Shown: positions 10,032-22,500 of the stretch, piece by piece | Layout: the number at the start of each line of letters is the position of its first letter | How positions within the stretch are numbered: position 1 is the stretch's first letter | Assembly: GCA_965112735.1 (NCBI GenBank) | Contig: OZ218954.1 | Location: forward strand, 4,216,001-4,280,000 | Direction of reading: 5' to 3' | Source: Phaeosaccion multiseriatum | Lineage: Eukaryota > Protista > Ochrophyta, other classes | DNA length: 64,000 bases | Position numbers and translations under genes: made by a program | Notes under the pieces: model-generated | Told to the model about the DNA's origin: nothing | Database searches by the model: none | What the model saw: the letters and a program-made list of their open reading frames with translations, nothing else

Positions 10032-12140
10032 ATGGAGACTGCCGCTGGCCCAGCTGCTGCGGAGGGGGCGGAAGCAAGCGCCGGCGACTGGCTGACAGGG
10101 CTGGTGCTGCCCCGAGCTACGGGGGCCTCTTCTCGGAGAGGCTCGGCGGCGGCGGCGGCGATGGGCATGGGGGGGGAGGCAGGAAGGACTAACGCGAGAA
10201 CAACAAACAGCAACAACGACACGGCAGACCCGAGCCCCGTGACCTCTGCCCCTGGGAACAACGGTGGCGATGACCTGGCGGAGAGAGAGCAGCCCGTGGC
10301 TGGCAGTGGCAGCGGCAGCGAGAGCCAAAGCCCATACACCAATGGGCCCTTTCCAGGGACGTGGCTTGTGAAAGCTATTCTACCAGGCAGCACCGGCAGC
10401 AGGGAGGGGAGCGGAACAGTCAGCGGAGGCGCCGTCGACAAGGGCGCTTCTCAGAGCGGTGATGCGTCTGTGGAGGAGGGAACGACGCCAGCGAGCAAGG
10501 AGGCCTTCCCCCCAGCCTCAGCAGTTGGTGCTGCAGCAGGAGTGCACGGAGGGAGTGGAAGTGGAGGACACGCAGAGGAGGGGGCAAGTGAGGGCAGCAA
10601 CCCTTCCCAGTGGCTTATGGGGATGATGAATATGGGTGGCGGCGGCAGTGGGGGCGGCAGTAAGAAGAGCACCAAGGGGAAGGGAAGCATAAGTCAGGAG
10701 GTGACCAAGCCCAAGACGAACGACGACTCAGAGTCTGGCAAAGGAGAGGAAAGCGAAGCCTCCACCTCCACCCCTGCTGATGTACCACCAACTGCTGCGG
10801 CGGTTGCTGCTGCTACTGTTTCTGCTCCTCCAGAGCACCAAGAGGCCTCAATTGCCGCCTCCTCCCCCCCCTCTGCGACGGAGGGGAGCGAGGGCGAGGA
10901 TGGCTCGCAGAGCGGGGTGGCGCAGGCCAAGGCCTCTGTCTCACCAACTGCTGCACAGCCCACCGGGGGAGAGGTAGTGTCGACCTCGAACTCAAACTCG
11001 GCTCCAGCCCCGGCCCCGGTAGCACCGCCTGCCACCAGAGGCAGAGCCAGACCCACCGGGAGTCCTGACACCAACCGCTCCGGTAGTGCGGGACCGGTCC
11101 CTCCCGCCACAAGCGCGAGCAGCGATGGCACAGTTGGTGATACAGCAGCAGTAGCAGCTTCTCCTTCCGGCGTAGCAGGAGCAAGAAGGGATGGCTCGAA
11201 TGAGCCCGGGGGGCCTGTCCCTACCCTTCCACGCGGGGGAGGGCGTGGTGGTAGCAGCAGCGTCGGTCGGCGGGGAGAGACGGAACGAGAAACAGCAGCA
11301 ACAGCAACAACAACTCGGATACCACTCCCCGGAGGGAACCGGAGCCGTCCCACAAGCAGATCTGCCAGCCGATCCGCCAGCCTCAGCCGACGCCGGAGCA
11401 ACAGTGCCAGCGGTGTTAGCGTGGCCGAGGCCTTCGCTCTAGCAGCGGCGGCGGTGGGGTCTCCGGCGGGGACGATGGAGGGTTTCTCCTCCGAGGCGAA
11501 GGGTGCGGCCGTTGCTGCTGCTGCTGCTGCTGCTGGCTCCGGGGTCGGGAGTGGGAAGATTGCGAGCCCAGTGCGACGGAGTGCCAGCTACGACGGCAGC
11601 GGCAGTGGCAGCCGTGACAGTAGTACCAACGGGCGTAGGAGGAGTGGGAGTGGGGGTGGGAGTCTTGCTGAAGCCCAACAGGCAGCGGATGCAGCACGAG
11701 CGGAGACGCGGTGCGGCAGTGGGCGCTTCAGTGGAGGTATCGTCCGCAGCGGCAGCAGCAGCAGCAGCCTTGGAGAGGGCAGCAGCAGCGCCGCCGCAAA
11801 GGCTGGAGGAGGAGGAGGAGCAGGAGGCAGTGGTCGTATCGGCAGTGGTCGTATCAGCGGCAGCATAAGTGGACGAGGAAGTGGTAGCATCCCCTCCCGA
11901 AGCACCAACACCAGCACCGGCACCAGTGCTGTGGGTGGAGCAGCCGTGGCATCTGCTGCCACCGCCGCCTCCACCCCAAGGAGAAAGGGTCAGGCTCCCA
12001 CTCTGGCGACGGGGAAGAAGACAAAGTTGGCGTCGACGGCTACGCCTTCAAGGGGGGGGGGCAAAGGTCGCACGGCGATGGATGCTACCGTGCCTGGGAG
12101 GCTCGCCACTGTCGGCAAGAAGACCCCTGCGGTGCGTGCG

Positions 12141-12172
<32 letters not shown>

Positions 12173-15100
12173 CTTCTTCTCTCTCATGATCACAAGCGAG
12201 ATGTACCTTTACTCACCCCACCTTCTCTCCTTGCCCTCCTTGCGACTCCCTTCCCCTTCCCCACCCGTCCACTGCCATCCCTACTACAGACGAAGCGGCC
12301 CATGGCAGGAGGAAGCAGCACCACTTCCTTACGTTCCACCACCACCACCGCTGCTACGCCCTCCAAGGCGCCTTCCAGTGCCATCCGTTCCTCCTCGACG
12401 AAGGCGTCAATGGCCACACCCACAGCAGCACCAGTGACTCGGGCGGCCATTAACCTGGCCCGTACAGCTCCGGGATCGGCCTCCATTGTAGGCAGGCGCA
12501 CTGTCCAACACGTGGTGGTGCAGAAGGAGGGGTCGCGGGCTGCCACTTGTGCCGTTGCTCCTTCGAGCAGCACCAATAGGAGTCTCCTGGTGAGTAGGTT
12601 GACTGGACACCCAAGGGAGGAGGGGAAAGTGGAGGAGGAGGAGGAGGAGGAGGAGGGTGCTGTCTGTTCTCCGTGCTTGCTCTGTGGTGTCTGGTCCTTT
12701 ATTTATCCCTTACAACGCCGCCTCCTTCCCATCCTCCTCCTCCTCCCCTGACATTCCCACCTGTCCGACTAGGCTGCGAAGCAAGCCAAAGAGAAGTTCC
12801 AGGAGAAGCGTCGAGCGGAGTTGGCGCTGCAGAAGGAGAAGGAGGATCAAGACATGTTCAGAAATAAGATGAGGTGAGTGAGAGGGCGGGCAGATGGGTA
12901 AGGGAAGGAGGAAGGAGAGTGGGTGCGGGGGCATGTGTGTGTGTGGGTTAGTGGGTGGGTGAGTGAGTACGTGAGGGGTCGAGGAAGGGAGGGAAGGAGT
13001 GGGTGTGGGTGAGCAACGGGGTGGGGGAGTGCGTTAGCGATTTCTTGATTGATTTGAGTGATCAACGCGTCCTTCCTGTGAGTGGTGGTACAAACCTTCA
13101 AGCCCACGCGTCCCGTATGCTTACTCACTCACTCGTTCTCACTCTCTCTCACTCGTTCTCACTCTGTCTCACTCTCTCTCACTCGTTCTCACTCTCTCTC
13201 ACTCTGTCTCTCTCTCACTCTCACTCTCTCTCACTCTCTCTCACTCGTTCTCTCTCTCTCTCTTGGGTATCTGCTGTCTCCTGTTTCCGATGCCCTGTGC
13301 CCTGTGCCCGCCCCTGTGTGTGTGTGTGTGTGCGTGCACGTACCTTACCTACACCAGACTCGAAGCGGCGGCTGTGGCGGAGAAGAAGGAGGCAGAGAGA
13401 AAGCAGCGCCTCTCTCAGGAACAGCGCAAGAGACAGCTCGAGGCAGAGGTACGTGTTGTTACTTAAGGTTATCTTACCGTACATTACGCCACCCTATGTG
13501 GGGGGGGGGGGTGAGGGCTGGGCTGTGGGCATATGAGGCCACCCTCCCCGTCTTTTGCGGGGCTTCTTTTCTTGGTCTCGTCCTGCCTTGGTGGCTGGCC
13601 TTGGCTCAAGCGATATTGACTGCCTGCCACCGCTTGCGGCTACTGTAACACCAACTGCTGCTACAGGCCAAGCTCAAGAGCCAGAAGGCGAAAGAGCGCA
13701 CACTGGATGGAGAGATGAAGAGCAAGAGCTACAGGTACGCGTACAAGTAGAGGCATACGGGTAGAGGGGGGAGGGAGGGAGACACAGAGAAAATGGCATA
13801 CAGAGTTGTGTACAAAGTGAAACGCCCATTCTCTCGTTCCCGGGGAGCATTCTCCCCCCGGGGAGTTGCTCCAGAACAGGAGGAGCGGAGACAGAGGAGC
13901 GCCAGAGCATGATTTTGGGGGCAATGAAGCCAAGGGAGGGCTGCTACCTGTCTCTCTCTCTCGCGTGCGCGATTCTCTCTTTCCTTTTTTCTTTATCCCT
14001 TTCTCCTTCCCTTCCCATGTGCCTCTAATCTCCCTCTCTCCCTCCCTCTGCAGAGAGGCCCAGGACAATCTCAGGAAGGCGGAAGCATCACGCAGAAGGA
14101 TGTCCATCATGGATAGAGAGAAGCTCCGCTCCAACGCGAAGGAGGGATCGCTCAAGCTGGCCAAGCAGGAAAAGGCAGCGGACAGGTGAGGGGGCAATGG
14201 CAGTAGGTGGTAGAGGATGGCAGAGGATGGCAGCGCTCAAACAGGCCAAGTAGAGTCCCCTGATACACTAACTTGCTCTCCCACTCCGTCTTACCATTCG
14301 CTCACCCACTCACAGGGTCCGTTTCGACGAGTCTCGCGCGACGAGTGAGAGCGTGGTGGCCGTGGCGCGAGAGACGAAAGACAAAAGGCGCCAATCCATC
14401 GCTTTCCGCAGCGCCGCTACCTTCATGGAGAGGAAGGTGCGTGCGTGTGTGGGTGCGTGCGTGCGTGGGTGCGTGTGCGCGTGAGTGAGTCAGGCAGTGA
14501 GGGCAGGGGTTACGAGGTGCTGAGAGGTTGGTGCTCCGCTCTGTGTGTCTTTTGTGAACAGCTCTCCGCTCCTCTTGTCCTCTCTGGGTGTCTCCCAGCA
14601 CCAACCACAGCACAGGTCATGCCCACTCACCCACTCACCACCCGCTTCGGTCCTCGCCATCCACTCCTCTACTCTCTCGCTCACCCACTCACCACCCTCC
14701 GGTGAATACGTCAATTGCATACGTCAATGTGCCATTTGTAACTGTCCTGTACCACATCAATAACACCAACAGGTGCGAGAGCAGCAGGCGGAGCTCGAGC
14801 GGCAGATGAGAGAGGAAGACTCCAAGCTTAGCGAGCTGGAGAGACAAGATGTGAATGCGTATCACCAACAGCAGCAGCAGAACCGCCGCAAGTCCATGGC
14901 TTGGAGGGCGGACACTGCCATGAGGCACCGCAAGATGAAGAAGGAGGAGTCCCTGTCCATGTGAGTGCGTGAGCTAGGGAGGGAGGGAGGGAGTAGGCGA
15001 GGAAAAGAGATGCGCGAGGGGAAGGAGGGATAGGGGAGCGAGTAAGAGGGCTCCACTTTCCTGTAGTATGTGGTTATGCCCACCTTTTGTCCGTCCTTAC

Positions 15101-18100
15101 TCCTACCACTCGCTTCGTTCTTTCGCCGATGTCTCGTCTCTTTGTCTCCCTCACTCTCACCGCCCCCCCCTCTCTCTCTCTCCCTCACTCCTCCTTCCTC
15201 TCCCCCACCCCCCTATCCCTTCTCTCTCTGTCTCTATCAGGCTGGAGGACGTGTCTGAAGAAGTGGAGAGTAAGCACGAGGACAGACTTGACGTGCAGAG
15301 CGCCGAGCAGCGCCAGAGGGCCCTCAATCGCCAGTCGCTAGCAGGACGGGCGGACATTGCGAGGCGCAATGCCGAGCAGAGGCGTGAGGATGAGGCCGCT
15401 GCGGTGGATGCGATTGTGGAGGAGGTGGAGAGCAATCAGCAGACCAGAGAGGACTTTAACGCCCACGCAGATCGTATGAAGGCGCGCGATCGCCAGTCTA
15501 TGGCGGGGAGGAGGGAGATTGCGAAGGCGATGGTGGCGATTAGGCGCGAGGAAGAGAGCGCTGCGGTGGATGCGATGGTGGAGGAGGTGGAGAGCAATCA
15601 GCGGACGAGGGAGGACTTCAATGCCCACGCCGATCGCATGAAGGCGCGAGATCGCCAGTCTATGGCGGGGAGGAGGGAGATTGCGAAGGCGATGGTGATT
15701 CTCCGACGTGAGGAGGAGAGCGCTGCGGTGGATGCGATGGTTGCGGAGGTGGAGAGCAATCAGCAGACGAGGGAGGACTTCAATGCCCACGCCGATCGCA
15801 TGAAGGCGCGAGATCGCCAGTCTATGGCGGGGAGGAGGGAGATTGCGAAGGCGATGGTGATTCTCCGGCGTGAGGAGGCGGAGGAGGATCTCGAGAAGCT
15901 AAAGGAGGAGCTTGTGAGTCGACAAGAGGGTCGAGAGGATGTTCGGGCGCATCTTCAATCTCTCCAGGAGGAGGAAGAAGAAGAGCTGGAGGGGAGGAGG
16001 GAGGTGGCGAAAGCCGAGAGGGAGGTGAAGAAGCAAGAAGAAGTGGCGCGGTATGAGGAGCTTCGCAGTCAATTGACGGCCAATCAGGAGACGCGAGAGG
16101 ACTTTGCGAAGCACGCGGCGGCGCTCCAGGAGGAGGAGGAAGAGGTGGCGGCATCGAGGAGGGAGGTGGTGAAGGCCAAGAGAGAGGCGAGGAGGGAGAG
16201 GGCGGACATCTCTCACCAGAATGCTGTGCTTGAGGTGGAGGAGAGACACGCTGCTCGCAAGGAGGCTGAGGAGGTAGCAGCTCTGGCGAAGGAGGAGGAG
16301 AAGAAGGAGGCGGAGCGGCGGAGGGAGGTGGCCAAGGCCCGTGTGGGGGAGAGGAAGAGGCGTGAGAGTGCAGACCGGGAGGCGCTGGTGAAGGAGATTG
16401 AAAAGAAGCAGGAGAGCCGGCAGGACCTTGCTGCACATGCTGCTCGGCTGAAGGAGGAGGAGGAAGCAGAGCTGGTGCGTCGACGGGCAGCGGCCAAGGC
16501 ACTGGCAATGGGACGGAGGGAGGAGGAGAGTAAAGCGCAAGCTGCGGTGCTGCGAGAGATTGGAGAAAAGCAGGAGGCGAGGGAGGATGAGGAGGTCCAC
16601 CGGGCAACGCTGAGGGCAGAAGACGAAGCGGAGGCGCTGCGGCAGAGGGAGAGGGTGAAGGCGGAGAGGGAGGCGAGGAAGAAGGAGGAGAGGGAAGCGC
16701 AAGAAGCGGTACTGAGACAAATTGAGGCCAATCAGGAGACTCGAGAGGACTTTGCGAGGCATGTGGATGCGCTCAAGGAGGAGGAGGAAGATAAGGTGCT
16801 GGGGGTGAGGAGGGAGGGGGCAAAGGCGGAGAGGGAGGCGAGGAAGCAGGGGGAGAGGGCGGGGCATGAGGCGGCGGTGAAGCAAGTGGAGGAGAGGCAC
16901 GAGGCGAGACAAGACCAACAACTGTATCTAGAGAACCAACGTGCGATGGAGCGGCTGTCGCTGGAGGGCCGAGGGGAGGTGACCAGGGCGGGGGTTGCAA
17001 TGGATAAGGAGGCAGAGTTGAGGCGCTTGGAGACTCGTGCGGAGGAGGTGGAGATGAGGCAGCAGGAGAGAGAGGACGTGGCGGCGTACGAGCGGCGGAT
17101 GGCGGAGGAGCGGCGGGCGTCGGCGGGGCTCCGGCATACAACGGCGGTGGCGAGTCTGATGGCAGTGGATGGCCGGGCAGGCGGTGCTGATGCTGCTCCT
17201 GCTGGTGCTGTATCACCAACTGCTGCTGCTGCTGCAAGGGAGGAGTCCCTCCGAGCCAGCCATGACAGCACTTTGGCCATGGAGCGACTTGCTCTTGGCG
17301 ACAGCAGGGAGAGTGTCGAGACTGCCCAGACGGTCGAGGAGGAGGAAGTGGTGGAGGAGGAGGAGGAGGAGGAGGAGGAGGAGGAGGAGGAGGAGGAGGA
17401 AGAGGGCTCTGCGTTGGCGCGGACGATGGAGTCGGCGAGAGCAATCGCGGAGGAGAAAGCGGCCGAGGACGAACAGGAGGCGCTCAGGCAAGAGGAAGGG
17501 AGGAAGGCGTTTGAGGCATTGGTCAAACAGGCGGATGCGGAAGAGAAGGCGAATGCCCTCAAGGAAGCTCAGGCTGAGAAAGAGGAGGCAGAGAGGCAAG
17601 CGGAGGCGGCTGAGAAGGAGGCGTTGTTGGCGAAGCAGGCTGCGGCAGAGAAGGAGGCTGCCCTCAAGCAGGCTGAGGCAGAGAAGGAGGCCTTGGTCAA
17701 ACAGCTTGAGGCTGAGAGGGAGATTGCGATCAAACAAGCCCAGGCTGACAAGGAGGAGGCGCAGAAGCAGGCAGAGGCGGCAGAGAAGGAGGCATTGTTC
17801 AAGCAGTCTGAGGTTGACAAGGAGGAGGCCCTCAAGCAGGCTGAGGCCGAGAAGGAGGCCTTAGTGAAGCTAATTGAGGCGGAGAAAGAGGCCTTAGCCA
17901 AGCAGCAGCTCGAGGCCGAGAAGGAGAAGGATGCCTCTCTACGACTTCAGGAGAAGAAGCAGCGCCAGGGGGAGGGGGAGGAGAGGCCGGCCACGAGGGA
18001 GGAGCTGGAGGCTTACGCCGATGCCCTTCTCGCGAGCCCTCTCAAGACAAAGCTGCCTCCGAACCGGAGGCAGAGCTCGAGAAGGCTTGCTGACAACGGC

Positions 18101-18949
18101 AACACAGCTGCTGCTGGTGCTGCTGCTGGTGCTGCCATCATCAGTGCCAGTGGTGTGGCCGCGGGTGTGGCAGAGGGTCAGGCTGAAGCGGAGGCTGATA
18201 CTGCTGGTGCTGCGGGGTTGAGGGAGGATGACGGCATGGGGGGTCAAGGACAGGAGGAGGAGGACGAGAACGAGAAGGAGGTGGTGGAGGAGGAGAGGGA
18301 GGAGGGGAAGCAGGCGCGCGGCCACGATCAGAGCGAGGAGGAGCAGAGGTGGCACGGAGAGGAACAGGGGGATGAGCAGGAGGGAGGTGAGGGAGGCGGG
18401 ATCTCCGCGACAGCTCCACCCACCAAGACCGAGGAGGCGGAGGAGGCAAAGAAGAAGGGTGCGACGGGCCGCAGGAGGTCCAGTTTCAGTGCTGCCGCTG
18501 CCCGAGCGGCGTCGCAAATGGCCGCAGCGCTGAGAAGCAGCAGTGGCAAGGGTAAGGGCAAGAGCAAGGAGGAGAAGAAGGAGAAGAAGAGGGAGAAGAA
18601 GGCCAAGAAGGCAGAGAAGAAGGAGGAGAAGAAGAAGACCAAGGCCCTTCAGGCTATGGGGGACGCTGCGGCGTTGTTACCCGACTGCTCTCAGAAGAGC
18701 GCTGCTGTGGCCTCTGGTAAGGGGGCTCCAGTGGCGGCGACTAAGCAGTTGGTGGTACAGGAGGGCGGGGAGCAGGAGAACAGGAAGGAGGGGAAGAAGC
18801 AAGAGGCGGTGGCGCATGGGGGGGGGCTGCCTCTGACGCCTCGTGCGGCTCGCGCGGCAAGGGTGGCAGCTCGGGCGGACCGCATAGAGCAGCAGCAGAG
18901 GGAGCTCTACCAGAGGGAGCTCCAGCAGCAGCACGGCCCCTCGGCGTGA
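10032..18949 (+). CDS. Giant protein (about 2,270 aa): disordered S/G/A-rich N-terminus, then a long charged helical region with 54-aa repeats. Predicted exons 10032-12131, 12290-12589, 12773-12873, 13358-13448, 13667-13734, 14054-14185, 14316-14436, 14773-14960, 15241-18949
   Basis: All nine exons join in phase with GT/AG sites. E/R/K/A-rich helical composition. Recurring RRxS[LM]AxR motif, with 162-bp near-identical units at 15401, 15563 and 15725. Confidence 0.8.
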
Positions 18950-19561
18950 AGGGGATGGGATGGCAGCAAATGGGGAGGGGACGGGAGGGAGGGGATTTGT
19001 ACTGGGGTGGGAGGGGGCCTTGTAATTTATTTATTTAGAGGTGGGGCAGGGCAGACCAGGGCAGGGCAGAGATGAGGTTAGGTTTGCAGGGGGGGGATTA
19101 CTGTTGGGTGTATGCGAAAAGTCAGGATTTTGGAATTTGCAGGGTGGGGCAGCAATGGAAGGAAGGAGGGGGGTTATTGGAAGACCACTGAGTGCACCCC
19201 TCCCGGGTCATCATGTTAGGTCAGGCTCATCGCCACTCAGTGCTCCCCTCCTGGGGCGGGCCTCTCCCGGGGCGAATGTAGAAGACAAACTTGGCACATA
19301 AAATAAAAGAAAAGGTAGAGAGAGCAGTCAAGCAAGCGTGTACTTCTAATGGGCCCCGTGAGCCAGCGCTCTGCTTGCTATCTCCAAAGCTTGTCTTTGT
19401 CTGCCATCCATTACCATCTCCTCTTCCACCCTCGCGTCCCATCCACTGCCTTAGTCAACAAAAAGACCCTTTGGAAGTCAACAAATGATTCTCCCCCTTG
19501 TATGTCAATTATAATTGACATACAAGGGCCCCCCCGCGACCTTGGAACCAAAATCGCTCCC

Positions 19562-22500
19562 ATGGAGCGCCTCGCAGATGCTTGTGCGGAGGAATTGGCA
19601 TCGATTCCCTCCTTGGAGCCGAAGCAGAGGCGGCAGGTGCAGGGGGTGGTGCTTCGGTTGGTACTGCTGTCGTCCTCGTTAGGGATAGGAGGAGGAGGAG
19701 GAGGAGGAGGACGAGGAGCAGGGCGCCCAGGCTCGACGACGAAAAAGAGCTTCGCCTCTCTCGATGAGTGCGCGCAGGCTATTCGAAGCCGGCTTGGGGG
19801 AGGGGGGGGGGGCAGTGATGGTGGTGAAGCAGCAGATGAAGGGGGGAGGGGGGGCGATGATGCATCTACCATGCCCCTCCTCTCCGGAGCAGGCGTCTCA
19901 CCGGAAGACTTGGACTGGTGCAGCTTCGTTCTTCAGGCAGCACTCCTGGATGGGGCCTCGTCTGGGGTGGCGGCCGAGGCTGCTCGACTCATTGCTCTTC
20001 CCCTCTGTCGGAGAGACTTGCAAGCAGGGCTCCCCCTTCTCGACTTGTGTCTGCGGCATGCCGGCCTGCCAAGCAGCACAACAGGGGCAGGGACAGAGGC
20101 AGGGGTTGGGGTAAGGGCAGGGGCGGGCAGTGATACTTCTTCTCTGCAGAGATTGGAAGCGATGGTGCTTCATCTCCTGGACCAAATGGCTGATCAGCGA
20201 GGCTACAGCAGTCATACAGGTGGCAGCAGCGGTGGTGGTGACACGGGACGGTCACACGCTTTCCCAGCATCCTCCTCCGCCGATTTGCGCTGCTGCTGCG
20301 AGATTGCTGCGTTCGTCCTGGAGCGAGAGGATGAGTCTGAGTGTGGCAACAGCAGCGTCAATAGTCTCCCCATCCCGGAGTCGACAAGTGGTAGCATTCC
20401 TATTAATCTTCGTGGCAGGGCGCCGGCCGCCGGGGGCTTTCGCTGGAGTGTGCATCAGCGTGTAGTGAGTGCACTCATGTCTCGCTCTCTCCCTACGGCA
20501 CTCAAGAGGCCGCTGGCTCTGAGGCTGGCACCGGCCCTCTACGAGGGGGCGGAGAGAGGGGGGGCTGGTCCTGACACCCGGCTGTTGGAGGAGGTGAGAG
20601 AGGCTGCTCTCCTGCTGAAAAGAAGGGGAGGGGAGGGGGGGAGAGGAGAGGAGGGGAGAGGAGGGGAGAGGAGGCAATGGCGAAGGAGTCGTGCAAATGC
20701 TTCTCTCCTTTCCTCCACAGAATGCCCTGACGCTTCTCCCTCTCCTCCCCCTGCCGTTTGCGTTTTGCCTTTTGCCTGCGGTACCCTCCGTACCCTTGAC
20801 CCATGCAATGCCCTTCTGACTGACACACAAACTGAAACTCACAGAGCTGGAGAGTGGTTGTGGCGCTGATGCTGGGCCCCGTGTTGCAGGGCAGTGCCGA
20901 AGAGGAGGACAGAAAGGTGCGTGCCCCCATCGCGTACGTGCGTGCGTACGTAAGTGGTGCGTGGTGTGTGTTTGCATTGGTGTTGTAAGGAAAGCATGAA
21001 GGGCTGACTGGAGGCCCAATTCCCTGACGAAAGATACCCAAGAAAGATCCAACCACGCCGTCCATGTCTCACCCTCTGCCCCTCTATCATGAATGAGCTC
21101 TACTTTATGTACGTAACTATCATACCCTAACACTCTTCCCTCTGGTACCCTGCACTGCCTGGCTGTACACATCTGCTCTGCCTTGACCCATCCCATATAC
21201 CTCTCTGCCCTGCCCTGCTCTGCCCTGCCCATATGCCGCTACCCTGCCCTACCCTGCCCATACACCTCTACCCTACCCTACCCTCTCCCTCTCTTTCCTC
21301 TTCAGAAGGAGCAGCGCGAGCTAGGAGCAGCCCTCCTCTGCGTCCTCCTCCCGTCCTTCCTGCGAACTCTAACGAGCCCACCCGCCGCCCTCCGACCCGA
21401 GCTGGGGGAGATGGTGCTCGCCTGCCTCGTATCGGAAACCAAACAGTCCGCTCGAAGCAACAACAGGGGCCGGGGAACGGGCGGGGACATCAACGCCAAG
21501 AGGGGCCTGCATGTTCTGCAATTGCTTCTCGATTGGCTCAGGCGGAGCGGCAGAGGAAAGTGGCATGTACCAATCCCACCCCACTCTCTAGCTCTACATC
21601 TCTTCCTCCCCCACCTCTCTCTCTAACTCGTTGTCCTCTCTCTTGTCTCTCTCTCTCTCTCATCTCTTTTTCATTGTCTCTTCTCCTGTTGTCTCTCTCG
21701 TCTAACTTTCTGCCACTCCCTCCCTCCGTCCCTCCCTCCGTCCTCCCTCTACCTCTCTCTCTCACTGTCTCTCCTTGTCTCCAGATGGCGGTATTGCATG
21801 GTCTGAGGGCAGGGGCAGCGGGCTGCAGGAGTGGACTCGCTACGCCAAGGTCATGGAGACTCTGCAGGAGGAGTTCCTGCCGAACCTCGTTCAGCAGGTA
21901 GGGGAAACGCACGCACACACACACACACACACAGAGAAACGCAGAGCACACACGCTCGCACGCACCACACGCACACATACGCACGCGCACGCGCACGCGC
22001 ACGCACACACAACACACGCACAACCGCACTTTCCTCTCTTGCATGAAACGCTGCCTCTCGATTGATATGTGCCCCCCTCCCTCCCCACCAGGTGTGGCCA
22101 AGTGTGTCAATCATAGCCCGTGCTGCCACTAGTGAGGCCTCTGCGGCCGCCCTAGTAAGGGCGTGCGCCATCAGAGAGGCAGCTGCAGCAGTTGGTGATA
22201 CAGCAGTTGGTGATCAGCAGCAGCTGTTGGTGACTCAGCAGGAGGAGGCGAGCGGTGAAGGCGGCCCTCCTTGCTTGCCGAGGTACACAAGTAGTCACGA
22301 TCCGTGTGTGTGCGTGAGTGATGTGGTTGTGTGTGTGTGTGTGTGTGTGCGTGTGCGTGTGCGTGTGTATGTGCATGTGTACGTGTGTGTGGTGTTAACC
22401 CGAGCGCACACCCTCTTCCCCCCTCCCCACCCACCTTTCTGTCACCCAACGCCATACTGCCCACCCTACGAAGGGTCTGACGTAACTCAACTGAAGCTAA

